A DNA stretch of 64,000 nucleotides from Auanema rhodensis (Eukaryota; Animalia; Nematoda): positions 4,712,001-4,776,000 of the forward strand of contig OZ059900.1 in NCBI GenBank assembly GCA_964057225.1. The letters are read 5' to 3'. The number at the start of each line of letters is the position of its first letter. Within the stretch, counting starts at the first letter, position 1. The notes under the pieces were generated by a model. It was not told the origin of the DNA. It did not search any database and saw only the letters and a list, made by a program, of their open reading frames with translations. Shown here piece after piece: positions 12,145 to 27,200 of the stretch. Both the position numbers and the translations under genes were made by a program.

Positions 12145-15100
12145 CCTTTAAGATAGTGTTTCTAGACTAATATAACCATGGGGACTTCATTAAAATTAAC
12201 AGTATTCTTTTATCTTTAACGGTATCCGAGTTACAAATCAAGATCACTTTCTTTGGATACTTAGGTGGTATAGCTACCTGTTCACAAAAAATTGGAAGTC
12301 CTGGTTACCATGCATCAAACCCATTAAGATAGTGTTTCTAGACTAATATAACCATGGGGACTTCATTAAATTTCACAGTATTCTTCTATCTTCAACGGTA
12401 TCCGAGTTACAAATCAAGATCACTTTCTTTGGATACTTAGGTGGTATAGCTACCTGTTCACAAAAAATTCGAAGTCTTGGTTACCATGCATCAAATCCTT
12501 TAAGATAGTGTTTCTAGACTAATATAACCATGGGGACTTCATTAAAATTAACAGTATTCTTTTATCTTTAACGGTATCCGAGTTACAAATCAAGATCACT
12601 TTCTTTGGATACTTAGGTGGTATAGCTACCTGTTCACAAAAAATTGGAAGTCCTGGTTACCATGCATCAAACCCATTAAGATAGTGTTTCTAGACTAATA
12701 TAACCATGGGGACTTCATTAAATTTCACAGTATTCTTCTATCTTCAACGGTATCCGAGTTACAAATCAAGATCACTTTCTTTGGATACTTAGGTGGTATA
12801 GCTACCTGTTCACAAAAAATTGGACGTCTTGGTTACCATGCATCAAACCCATTAAGATTGTGTTTCTAGACTAATATGACCATGATGACTTCATTAAATT
12901 TCACAGTATTCTTCTATCTTCAACGGTATCCGAGTTACAAATCAAGATCACTTTCTTTGGATACTTAGGTGGTATAGCTACCTGTTCACAAAAAATTCGA
13001 AGTCTTGGTTACCATGCATCAAATCCTTTAAGATAGTGTTTCTAGACTAATATAACCATGGGGACTTCATTAAATTTCACAGTATTCTTCTATCTTCAAC
13101 GGTATCCGAGTTACAAATCAAGATCACTTTCTTTGGATACTTAGGTGGTATAGCTACCTGTTCACAAAAAATTCGAAGTCTTGGTTACCATGCATCAAAT
13201 CCTTTAAGATAGTGTTTCTAGACTAATATAACCATGGGGACTTCATTAAAATTAACAGTATTCTTTTATCTTTAACGGTATCCGAGTTACAAATCAAGAT
13301 CACTTTCTTTGGATACTTAGGTGGTATTGCTACCTGTTCACAAAAAATTGGAAGTCCTGGTTACCATGCATCAAATCCTTTAAGATAGTGTTTCTAGACT
13401 AATATAACCATGGGGACTTCCTTAAATTTAACAGTATTCTTCTATCTTCAACGGTATCCGAGTTACAAATCAAGATCACTTTCTTTGGATACTTAGGTGG
13501 TATAGCTACCTGTTCACAAAAAATTGGACGTCTTGGTTACCATGCATCAAACCCATTAAGATTGTGTTTCTAGACTAATATGACCATGATGACTTCATTA
13601 AATTTCACAGTATTCTTCTATCTTCAACGGTATCCGAGTTACAAATCAAGATCACTTTCTTTGGATACTTAGGTGGTATAGCTACCTGTTCACAAAAAAT
13701 TGGAAGTCCTGGTTACCATGCATCAAACCCATTAAGATTGTGTTTCTAGACTAATATGACCATGATGACTTCATTAAATTTCACAGTATTCTTCTATCTT
13801 CAACGGTATCCGAGTTACAAATCAAGATCACTTTCTTTGGATACTTAGGTGGTATAGCTACCTGTTCACAAAAAATTCGAAGTCTTGGTTACCATGCATC
13901 AAATCCTTTAAGATAGTGTTTCTAGACTAATATAACCATGGGGACTTCATTAAAATTAACAGTATTCTTTTATCTTTAACGGTATCCGAGTTACAAATCA
14001 AGATCACTTTCTTTGGATACTTAGGTGGTATAGCTACCTGTTCACAAAAAATTGGAAGTCCTGGTTACCATGCATCAAACCCATTAAGATAGTGTTTCTA
14101 GACTAATATAACCATGGGGACTTCATTAAATTTCACAGTATTCTTCTATCTTCAACGGTATCCGAGTTACAAATCAAGATCACTTTCTTTGGATACTTAG
14201 GTGGTATAGCTACCTGTTCACAAAAAATTCGAAGTCTTGGTTACCATGCATCAAATCCTTTAAGATAGTGTTTCTAGACTAATATAACCATGGGGACTTC
14301 ATTAAAATTAACAGTATTCTTTTATCTTTAACGGTATCCGAGTTACAAATCAAGATCACTTTCTTTGGATACTTAGGTGGTATAGCTACCTGTTCACAAA
14401 AAATTGGAAGTCCTGGTTACCATGCATCAAACCCATTAAGATAGTGTTTCTAGACTAATATAACCATGGGGACTTCATTAAATTTCACAGTATTCTTCTA
14501 TCTTCAACGGTATCCGAGTTACAAATCAAGATCACTTTCTTTGGATACTTAGGTGGTATAGCTACCTGTTCACAAAAAATTCGAAGTCTTGGTTACCATG
14601 CATCAAATTCTTTAAGATAGTGTTTCTAGACTAATATAACCATGGGGACTTCATTAAAATTAACAGTATTCTTTTATCTTTAACGGTATCCGAGTTACAA
14701 ATCAAGATCACTTTCTTTGGATACTTAGGTGGTATAGCTACCTGTTCACAAAAAATTGGAAGTCCTGGTTACCATGCATCAAACCCATTAAGATAGTGTT
14801 TCTAGACTAATATAACCATGGGGACTTCATTAAATTTCACAGTATTCTTCTATCTTCAACGGTATCCGAGTTACAAATCAAGATCACTTTCTTTGGATAC
14901 TTAGGTGGTATAGCTACCTGTTCACAAAAAATTGGACGTCTTGGTTACCATGCATCAAACCCATTAAGATTGTGTTTCTAGACTAATATGACCATGATGA
15001 CTTCATTAAATTTCACAGTATTCTTCTATCTTCAACGGTATCCGAGTTACAAATCAAGATCACTTTCTTTGGATACTTAGGTGGTATAGCTACCTGTTCA

Positions 15101-17600
15101 CAAAAAATTCGAAGTCTTGGTTACCATGCATCAAATCCTTTAAGATAGTGTTTCTAGACTAATATAACCATGGGGACTTCATTAAATTTCACAGTATTCT
15201 TCTATCTTCAACGGTATCCGAGTTACAAATCAAGATCACTTTCTTTGGATACTTAGGTGGTATAGCTACCTGTTCACAAAAAATTCGAAGTCTTGGTTAC
15301 CATGCATCAAATCCTTTAAGATAGTGTTTCTAGACTAATATAACCATGGGGACTTCATTAAAATTAACAGTATTCTTTTATCTTTAACGGTATCCGAGTT
15401 ACAAATCAAGATCACTTTCTTTGGATACTTAGGTGGTATTGCTACCTGTTCACAAAAAATTGGAAGTCCTGGTTACCATGCATCAAATCCTTTAAGATAG
15501 TGTTTCTAGACTAATATAACCATGGGGACTTCCTTAAATTTAACAGTATTCTTCTATCTTCAACGGTATCCGAGTTACAAATCAAGATCACTTTCTTTGG
15601 ATACTTAGGTGGTATAGCTACCTGTTCACAAAAAATTGGACGTCTTGGTTACCATGCATCAAACCCATTAAGATTGTGTTTCTAGACTAATATGACCATG
15701 ATGACTTCATTAAATTTCACAGTATTCTTCTATCTTCAACGGTATCCGAGTTACAAATCAAGATCACTTTCTTTGGATACTTAGGTGGTATAGCTACCTG
15801 TTCACAAAAAATTGGAAGTCCTGGTTACCATGCATCAAACCCATTAAGATTGTGTTTCTAGACTAATATGACCATGATGACTTCATTAAATTTCACAGTA
15901 TTCTTCTATCTTCAACGGTATCCGAGTTACAAATCAAGATCACTTTCTTTGGATACTTAGGTGGTATAGCTACCTGTTCACAAAAAATTCGAAGTCTTGG
16001 TTACCATGCATCAAATCCTTTAAGATAGTGTTTCTAGACTAATATAACCATGGGGACTTCATTAAAATTAACAGTATTCTTTTATCTTTAACGGTATCCG
16101 AGTTACAAATCAAGATCACTTTCTTTGGATACTTAGGTGGTATAGCTACCTGTTCACAAAAAATTGGAAGTCCTGGTTACCATGCATCAAACCCATTAAG
16201 ATAGTGTTTCTAGACTAATATAACCATGGGGACTTCATTAAATTTCACAGTATTCTTCTATCTTCAACGGTATCCGAGTTACAAATCAAGATCACTTTCT
16301 TTGGATACTTAGGTGGTATAGCTACCTGTTCACAAAAAATTCGAAGTCTTGGTTACCATGCATCAAATCCTTTAAGATAGTGTTTCTAGACTAATATAAC
16401 CATGGGGACTTCATTAAAATTAACAGTATTCTTTTATCTTTAACGGTATCCGAGTTACAAATCAAGATCACTTTCTTTGGATACTTAGGTGGTATAGCTA
16501 CCTGTTCACAAAAAATTGGAAGTCCTGGTTACCATGCATCAAACCCATTAAGATAGTGTTTCTAGACTAATATAACCATGGGGACTTCATTAAATTTCAC
16601 AGTATTCTTCTATCTTCAACGGTATCCGAGTTACAAATCAAGATCACTTTCTTTGGATACTTAGGTGGTATAGCTACCTGTTCACAAAAAATTCGAAGTC
16701 TTGGTTACCATGCATCAAATCCTTTAAGATAGTGTTTCTAGACTAATATAACCATGGGGACTTCATTAAAATTAACAGTATTCTTTTATCTTTAACGGTA
16801 TCCGAGTTACAAATCAAGATCACTTTCTTTGGATACTTAGGTGGTATAGCTACCTGTTCACAAAAAATTGGAAGTCCTGGTTACCATGCATCAAACCCAT
16901 TAAGATAGTGTTTCTAGACTAATATAACCATGGGGACTTCATTAAATTTCACAGTATTCTTCTATCTTCAACGGTATCCGAGTTACAAATCAAGATCACT
17001 TTCTTTGGATACTTAGGTGGTATAGCTACCTGTTCACAAAAAATTGGACGTCTTGGTTACCATGCATCAAACCCATTAAGATTGTGTTTCTAGACTAATA
17101 TGACCATGATGACTTCATTAAATTTCACAGTATTCTTCTATCTTCAACGGTATCCGAGTTACAAATCAAGATCACTTTCTTTGGATACTTATGTGGTATA
17201 GCTACCTGTTCACAAAAAATTCGAAGTCTTGGTTACCATGCATCAAATCCTTTAAGATAGTGTTTCTAGACTAATATAACCATGGGGACTTCATTAAATT
17301 TCACAGTATTCTTCTATCTTCAACGGTATCCGAGTTACAAATCAAGATCACTTTCTTTGGATACTTAGGTGGTATAGCTACCTGTTCACAAAAAATTCGA
17401 AGTCTTGGTTACCATGCATCAAATCCTTTAAGATAGTGTTTCTAGACTAATATAACCATGGGGACTTCATTAAAATTAACAGTATTCTTTTATCTTTAAC
17501 GGTATCCGAGTTACAAATCAAGATCACTTTCTTTGGATACTTAGGTGGTATTGCTACCTGTTCACAAAAAATTGGAAGTCCTGGTTACCATGCATCAAAC
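12145..17600. repeat. 12-monomer (2112 bp) higher-order repeat, about 2.6 copies, containing a triplicated dimer
   Basis: Monomer types match at 12145/14257/16369 and at 13201/15313/17425 (ggtatTgc monomer). The cCttaaatttAac monomer is at 13377/15489. Confidence 0.85.
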
Positions 17601-20600
17601 CCATTAAGATTGTGTTTCTAGACTAATATAACCATGGGGACTTCATTAAAATTAACAGTATTCTTTTATCTTTAACGGTATCCGAGTTACAAATCAAGAT
17701 CACTTTCTTTGGATACTTAGGTTGTATAGCTACCTGTTCACAAAAAATTGGACGTCTTGGTTACCATGCATCAAACCCATTAAGATTGTGTTTCTAGACT
17801 AATATAACCATGGGGACTTCATTAAAATTAACAGTATTCTTTTATCTTTAACGGTACCCGAGTTACAAATCAAGATCACTTTCTTTGGATACTTAGGTGG
17901 TATTGCTACCTGTTCACAAAAAATTGGAAGTCCTGGTTACCATGCATCAAACCCATTAAGATTGTGTTTCTAGACTAATATGACCATGATGACTTCATTG
18001 AAATTCACAGTATTCTTCTATCTTCAACGGTATCCGAGTTACAAATCAAGATCACTTTCTTTGGATACTTAGGTGGTATAGCTACCTGTTCACAAAAAAT
18101 TCGAAGTCTTGGTTACCATGCATCAAATCCTTTAAGATAGTGTTTCTAGACTAATATAACCATGGGGACTTCCTTAAATTTAACAGTATTCTTCTATCTT
18201 CAACGGTATCCGAGTTACAAATCAAGATCACTTTCTTTGGATACTTAGGTGGTATAGCTACCTGTTCACAAAAAATTGGACGTCTTGGTTACCATGCATC
18301 AAACCCATTAAGATTGTGTTTCTAGACTAATATGACCATGATGACTTCATTAAATTTCACAGTATTCTTCTATCTTCAACGGTATCCGAGTTACAAATCA
18401 AGATCACTTTCTTTGGATACTTAGGTGGTATAGCTACCTGTTCACAAAAAATTGGAAGTCCTGGTTACCATGCATCAAACCCATTAAGATTGTGTTTCTA
18501 GACTAATATGACCATGATGACTTCATTAAATTTCACAGTATTCTTCTATCTTCAACGGTATCCGAGTTACAAATCAAGATCACTTTCTTTGGATACTTAG
18601 GTGGTATAGCTACCTGTTCACAAAAAATTCGAAGTCTTGGTTACCATGCATCAAATCCTTTAAGATAGTGTTTCTAGACTAATATAACCATGGGGACTTC
18701 ATTAAAATTAACAGTATTCTTTTATCTTTAACGGTATCCGAGTTACAAATCAAGATCACTTTCTTTGGATACTTAGGTGGTATTGCTACCTGTTCACAAA
18801 AAATTGGAAGTCCTGGTTACCATGCATCAAACCCATTAAGATTGTGTTTCTAGACTAATATGACCATGATGACTTCATTGAAATTCACAGTATTCTTCTA
18901 TCTTCAACGGTATCCGAGTTACAAATCAAGATCACTTTCTTTGGATACTTAGGTGGTATAGCTACCTGTTCACAAAAAATTCGAAGTCTTGGTTACCATG
19001 CATCAAATCCTTTAAGATAGTGTTTCTAGACTAATATAACCATGGGGACTTCATTAAATTTCACAGTATTCTTCTATCTTCAACGGTATCCGAGTTACAA
19101 ATCAAGATCACTTTCTTTGGATACTTAGGTGGTATAGCTACCTGTTCACAAAAAATTCGAAGTCTTGGTTACCATGCATCAAATCCTTTAAGATAGTGTT
19201 TCTAGACTAATATAACCATGGGGACTTCATTAAATTTCACAGTATTCTTCTATCTTCAACGGTATCCGAGTTACAAATCAAGATCACTTTCTTTGGATAC
19301 TTAGGTGGTATAGCTACCTGTTCACAAAAAATTCGAAGTCTTGGTTACCATGCATCAAATCCTTTAAGATAGTGTTTCTAGACTAATATAACCATGGGGA
19401 CTTCATTAAAATTAACAGTATTCTTTTATCTTTAACGGTATCCGAGTTACAAATCAAGATCACTTTCTTTGGATACTTAGGTGGTATAGCTACCTGTTCA
19501 CAAAAAATTGGAAGTCCTGGTTACCATGCATCAAACCCATTAAGATTGTGTTTCTAGACTAATATGACCATGATGACTTCATTGAAAATCACAGTATTCT
19601 TCTATCTTCAACGGTATCCGAGTTACAAATCAAGATCACTTTCTTTGGATACTTAGGTGGTATAGCTACCTGTTCACAAAAAATTCGAAGTCTTGGTTAC
19701 CATGCATCAAATCCTTTAAGATAGTGTTTCTAGACTAATATAACCATGGGGACTTCATTAAATTTCACAGTATTCTTCTATCTTCAACGGTATCCGAGTT
19801 ACAAATCAAGATCACTTTCTTTGGATACTTAGGTTGTATAGCTACCTGTTCACAAAAAATTGGACGTCTTGGTTACCATGCATCAAACCCATTAAGATTG
19901 TGTTTCTAGACTAATATGACCATGATGACTTCATTAAATTTCACAGTATTCTTCTATCTTCAACGGTATCCGAGTTACAAATCAAGATCACTTTCTTTGG
20001 ATACTTAGGTGGTATAGCTACCTGTTCACAAAAAATTCGAAGTCTTGGTTACCATGCATCAAATCCTTTAAGATAGTGTTTCTAGACTAATATAACCATG
20101 GGGACTTCATTAAATTTCACAGTATTCTTCTATCTTCAACGGTATCCGAGTTACAAATCAAGATCACTTTCTTTGGATACTTAGGTGGTATAGCTACCTG
20201 TTCACAAAAAATTCGAAGTCTTGGTTACCATGCATCAAATCCTTTAAGATAGTGTTTCTAGACTAATATAACCATGGGGACTTCATTAAAATTAACAGTA
20301 TTCTTTTATCTTTAACGGTATCCGAGTTACAAATCAAGATCACTTTCTTTGGATACTTAGGTGGTATAGCTACCTGTTCACAAAAAATTGGAAGTCCTGG
20401 TTACCATGCATCAAACCCATTAAGATAGTGTTTCTAGACTAATATAACCATGGGGACTTCATTAAATTTCACAGTATTCTTCTATCTTCAACGGTATCCG
20501 AGTTACAAATCAAGATCACTTTCTTTGGATACTTAGGTGGTATAGCTACCTGTTCACAAAAAATTGGACGTCTTGGTTACCATGCATCAAACCCATTAAG

Positions 20601-22528
20601 ATTGTGTTTCTAGACTAATATGACCATGATGACTTCATTAAATTTCACAGTATTCTTCTATCTTCAACGGTATCCGAGTTACAAATCAAGATCACTTTCT
20701 TTGGATACTTAGGTGGTATAGCTACCTGTTCACAAAAAATTCGAAGTCTTGGTTACCATGCATCAAATCCTTTAAGATAGTGTTTCTAGACTAATATAAC
20801 CATGGGGACTTCATTAAATTTCACAGTATTCTTCTATCTTCAACGGTATCCGAGTTACAAATCAAGATCACTTTCTTTGGATACTTAGGTGGTATAGCTA
20901 CCTGTTCACAAAAAATTCGAAGCCTTGGTTACCATGCATCAAATCCTTTAAGATAGTGTTTCTAGACTAATATAACCATGGGGACTTCATTAAAATTAAC
21001 AGTATTCTTTTATCTTTAACGGTATCCGAGTTACAAATCAAGATCACTTTCTTTGGATACTTAGGTGGTATTGCTACCTGTTCACAAAAAATTGGAAGTC
21101 CTGGTTACCATGCATCAAACCCATTAAGATTGTGTTTCTAGACTAATATGACCATGATGACTTCATTGAAATTCACAGTATTCTTCTATCTTCAACGGTA
21201 TCCGAGTTACAAATCAAGATCACTTTCCTTGGATACTTAGGTGGTATAGCTACCTGTTCACAAAAAATTGGAAGTCCTGGTTACCATGCATCAAACCCAT
21301 TAAGATTGTGTTTCTAGACTAATATAACTATGGGGACTTCATTAAATTTCACAGTATTCTTCTATCTTTAACGGTATCCGAGTTACAAATCAAGATCACT
21401 TTCTTTGGATACTTAGGTGGTATAGCTACCTGTTCACAAAAAATTCGAAGTCTTGGTTACCATGCATCAAATCCTTTAAGATAGTGTTTCTAGACTAATA
21501 TAACCATGGGGACTTCCTTAAATTTAACAGTATTCTTCTATCTTCAACGGTATCCGAGTTACAAATCAAGATCACTTTCTTTGGATACTTAGGTGGTATA
21601 GCTACCTGTTCACAAAAAATTGGACGTCTTGGTTACCATTCATCAAACCCATTAAGATTGTGTTTATAGACTAATATGACCATGATGACTTCATTAAATT
21701 TCACAGTATTCTTCTATCTTCAACGGTATCCGAGTTACAAATCAAGATCACTTTCTTTGGATACTTAGGTGGTATAGCTACCTGTTCACAAAAAATTGGA
21801 CGTCTTGGTTACCATTCATCAAACCCATTAAGATTGTGTTTCTAGACTAATATGACCATGATGACTTCATTAAATTTCACAGTATTCTTCTATCTTCAAC
21901 GGTATCCGAGTTACAAATCAAGATCACTTTCTTTGGATACTTAGGTGGTATTGCTACCTGTTCACAAAAAATTGGAAGTCCTGGTTACCATGCATCAAAC
22001 CCATTAAGATTGTGTTTCTAGACTAATATGACCATGATGACTTCATTGAAATTCACAGTATTCTTCTATCTTCAACGGTATCCGAGTTACAAATCAAGAT
22101 CACTTTCCTTGGATACTTAGGTTGTATAGCTACCTGTTCACAAAAAATTGGAAGTCCTGGTTACCATGCATCAAACCCATTAAGATTGTGTTTCTAGACT
22201 AATATGACCATGATGATTTCATTAAATTTCACAGTATTCTTCTATCTTCAACGGTATCCGAGTTACAAATCAAGATCACTTTCTTTGGATACTTGGGTGG
22301 TATAGCTACCTGTTCACAAAAAATTCGAAGTCTTGGTTACCATGCATCAAATCCTTTAAGATAGTGTTTCTAGACTAATATAACCATGGGGACTTCATTA
22401 AAATTAACAGTATTCTTTTATCTTTAACGGTATCCGAGTTACAAATCAAGATCACTTTCTTTGGATACTTAGGTGGTATAGCTACCTGTTCACAAAAAAT
22501 TGGAAGTCCTGGTTACCATGCATCAAAC

Positions 22529-24288
22529 CCATTAAGATTGTGTTTCTAGACTAATATGACCATGATGACTTCATTGAAATTCACAGTATTCTTCTATCTT
22601 CAACGGTATCCGAGTTACAAATCAAGATCACTTTCTTTGGATACTTAGGTGGTATAGCTACCTGTTCACAAAAAATTGGAAGTCTTGGTTACCATGCATC
22701 AAATCCTTTAAGATAGTGTTTCTAGACTAATATAACCATGGGGACTTTATTAAATTTCACAGTATTCTTCTATCTTTAACGGTATCCGAGTTACAAATCA
22801 AGATCACTTTCCTTGGATACTTAGGTGGTATAGCTACCTGTTCACAAAAAATTGGAAGTCCTGGTTACCATGCATCAAACCCATTAAGATTGTGTTTCTA
22901 GACTAATATAACCATGGGGACTTCATTAAATTTCACAGTATTCTTCTATCTTTAACGGTATCCGAGTTACAAATCAAGATCACTTTCTTTGGATACTTAG
23001 GTGGTATAGCTACCTGTTCACAAAAAATTCGAAGTCTTGGTTACCATGCATCAAATCCTTTAAGATAGTGTTTCTAGACTAATATAACCATGGGGACTTC
23101 CTTAAATTTAACAGTATTCTTCTATCTTCAACGGTATCCGAGTTACAAATCAAGATCACTTTCTTTGGATACTTAGGTGGTATAGCTACCTGTTCACAAA
23201 AAATTGGACGTCTTGGTTACCATGCATCAAACCCATTAAGATTGTGTTTCTAGACTAATATGACCATGATGACTTCATTAAATTTCACAGTATTCTTCTA
23301 TCTTCAACGGTATCCGAGTTACAAATCAAGATCACTTTCTTTGGATACTTAGGTGGTATAGCTACCTGTTCACAAAAAATTGGAAGTCCTGGTTACCATG
23401 CATCAAACCCATTAAGATTGTGTTTCTAGACTAATATGACCATGATGACTTCATTGAAATTCACAGTATTCTTCTATCTTCAACGGTATCCGAGTTACAA
23501 ATCAAGATCACTTTCTTTGGATACTTAGGTGGTATAGCTACCTGTTCACAAAAAATTGGAAGTCTTGGTTACCATGCATCAAATCCTTTAAGATAGTGTT
23601 TCTAGACTAATATAACCATGGGGACTTCATTAAATTTCACAGTATTCTTCTATCTTTAACGGTATCCGAGTTACAAATCAAGATCACTTTCCTTGGATAC
23701 TTAGGTGGTATAGCTACCTGTTCACAAAAAATTGGAAGTCCTGGTTACCATGCATCAAACCCATTAAGATTGTGTTTCTAGACTAATATAACCATGGGGA
23801 CTTCATTAAATTTCACAGTATTCTTCTATCTTTAACGGTATCCGAGTTACAAATCAAGATCACTTTCTTTGGATACTTAGGTGGTATAGCTACCTGTTCA
23901 CAAAAAATTCGAAGTCTTGGTTACCATGCATCAAATCCTTTAAGATAGTGTTTCTAGACTAATATAACCATGGGAACTTCCTTAAATTTAACAGTATTCT
24001 TCTATCTTCAACGGTATCCGAGTTACAAATCAAGATCACTTTCTTTGGATACTTAGGTGGTATAGCTACCTGTTCACAAAAAATTGGACGTCTTGGTTAC
24101 CATGCATCAAACCCATTAAGATTGTGTTTCTAGACTAATATGACCATGATGACTTCATTAAATTTCACAGTATTCTTCTATCTTCAACGGTATCCGAGTT
24201 ACAAATCAAGATCACTTTCTTTGGATACTTAGGTGGTATAGCTACCTGTTCACAAAAAATTGGAAGTCCTGGTTACCATGCATCAAAC
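22529..24288. repeat. Tandem 5-monomer (880 bp) duplication
   Basis: The order of five monomer types from 22529 is repeated from 23409. A similar 5-mer begins at 31329. Confidence 0.8.
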
Positions 24289-27200
24289 CCATTAAGATTG
24301 TGTTTCTAGACTAATATGACCATGATGACTTCATTAAATTTCACAGTATTCTTCTATCTTCAACGGTATCCGAGTTACAAATCAAGATCACTTTCTTTGG
24401 ATACTTAGGTGGTGTAGCTACCTGTTCACAAAAAATTCGAAGTCTTGGTTACCATGCATCAAATCCTTTAAGATAGTGTTTCTAGACTAATATAACCATG
24501 GGGACTTCATTAAAATTAACAGTATTCTTTTATCTTTAACGGTATCCGAGTTACAAATCAAGATCACTTTCTTTGGATACTTAGGTGGTATTGCTACCTG
24601 TTCACAAAAAATTGGAAGTCCTGGTTACCATGCATCAAACCCATTAAGATTGTGTTTCTAGACTAATATGACCATGATGACTTCATTGAAATTCACAGTA
24701 TTCTTCTATCTTCAACGGTATCCGAGTTACAAATCAAGATCACTTTCCTTGGATACTTAGGTGGTATAGCTACCTGTTCACAAAAAATTGGAAGTCCTGG
24801 TTACCATGCATCAAACCCATTAAGATTGTGTTTCTAGACTAATATAACTATGGGGACTTCATTAAATTTCACAGTATTCTTCTATCTTTAACGGTATCCG
24901 AGTTACAAATCAAGATCACTTTCTTTGGATACTTAGGTGGTATAGCTACCTGTTCACAAAAAATTCGAAGTCTTGGTTACCATGCATCAAATCCTTTAAG
25001 ATAGTGTTTCTAGACTAATATAACCATGGGGACTTCCTTAAATTTAACAGTATTCTTCTATCTTCAACGGTATCCGAGTTACAAATCAAGATCACTTTCT
25101 TTGGATACTTAGGTGGTATAGCTACCTGTTCACAAAAAATTGGACGTCTTGGTTACCATGCATCAAACCCATTAAGATTGTGTTTCTAGACTAATATGAC
25201 CATGATGACTTCATTAAATTTCACAGTATTCTTCTATCTTCAACGGTATCCGAGTTACAAATCAAGATCACTTTCTTTGGATACTTAGGTGGTATAGCTA
25301 CCTGTTCACAAAAAATTGGAAGTCCTGGTTACCATGCATCAAACCCATTAAGATTGTGTTTCTAGACTAATATGACCATGATGACTTCATTAAATTTCAC
25401 AGTATTCTTCTATCTTCAACGGTATCCGAGTTACAAATCAAGATCACTTTCTTTGGATACTTAGGTGGTATAGCTACCTGTTCACAAAAAATTCGAAGTC
25501 TTGGTTACCATGCATCAAATCCTTTAAGATAGTGTTTCTAGACTAATATAACCATGGGGACTTCATTAAAATTAACAGTATTCTTTTATCTTTAACGGTA
25601 TCCGAGTTACAAATCAAGATCACTTTCTTTGGATACTTAGGTGGTATTGCTACCTGTTCACAAAAAATTGGAAGTCCTGGTTACCATGCATCAAACCCAT
25701 TAAGAGTGTGTTTCTAGACTAATATGACCATGATGACTTCATTGAAATTCACAGTATTCTTCTATCTTCAACGGTATCCGAGTTACAAATCAAGATCACT
25801 TTCTTTGGATACTTAGGTGGTATAGCTACCTGTTCACAAAAAATTCGAAGTCTTGGTTACCATGCATCAAATCCTTTAAGATAGTGTTTCTAGACTAATA
25901 TAACCATGGGGACTTCATTAAATTTCACAGTATTCTTCTATCTTCAACGGTATCCGAGTTACAAATCAAGATCACTTTCTTTGGATACTTAGGTGGTATA
26001 GCTACCTGTTCACAAAAAATTCGAAGTCTTGGTTACCATGCATCAAATCCTTTAAGATAGTGTTTCTAGACTAATATAACCATGGGGACTTCATTAAATT
26101 TCACAGTATTCTTCTATCTTCAACGGTATCCGAGTTACAAATCAAGATCACTTTCTTTGGATACTTAGGTGGTATAGCTACCTGTTCACAAAAAATTCGA
26201 AGTCTTGGTTACCATGCATCAAATCCTTTAAGATAGTGTTTCTAGACTAATATAACCATGGGGACTTCATTAAAATTAACAGTATTCTTTTATCTTTAAC
26301 GGTATCCGAGTTACAAATCAAGATCACTTTCTTTGGATACTTAGGTGGTATAGCTACCTGTTCACAAAAAATTGGAAGTCCTGGTTACCATGCATCAAAC
26401 CCATTAAGATTGTGTTTCTAGACTAATATGACCATGATGACTTCATTGAAAATCACAGTATTCTTCTATCTTCAACGGTATCCGAGTTACAAATCAAGAT
26501 CACTTTCTTTGGATACTTAGGTGGTATAGCTACCTGTTCACAAAAAATTCGAAGTCTTGGTTACCATGCATCAAATCCTTTAAGATAGTGTTTCTAGACT
26601 AATATAACCATGGGGACTTCATTAAATTTCACAGTATTCTTCTATCTTCAACGGTATCCGAGTTACAAATCAAGATCACTTTCTTTGGATACTTAGGTTG
26701 TATAGCTACCTGTTCACAAAAAATTGGACGTCTTGGTTACCATGCATCAAACCCATTAAGATTGTGTTTCTAGACTAATATGACCATGATGACTTCATTA
26801 AATTTCACAGTATTCTTCTATCTTCAACGGTATCCGAGTTACAAATCAAGATCACTTTCTTTGGATACTTAGGTGGTATAGCTACCTGTTCACAAAAAAT
26901 TGGAAGTCCTGGTTACCATGCATCAAACCCATTAAGATTGTGTTTCTAGACTAATATGACCATGATGACTTCATTAAATTTCACAGTATTCTTCTATCTT
27001 CAACGGTATCCGAGTTACAAATCAAGATCACTTTCTTTGGATACTTAGGTGGTATAGCTACCTGTTCACAAAAAATTCGAAGTCTTGGTTACCATGCATC
27101 AAATCCTTTAAGATAGTGTTTCTAGACTAATATAACCATGGGGACTTCATTAAAATTAACAGTATTCTTTTATCTTTAACGGTATCCGAGTTACAAATCA

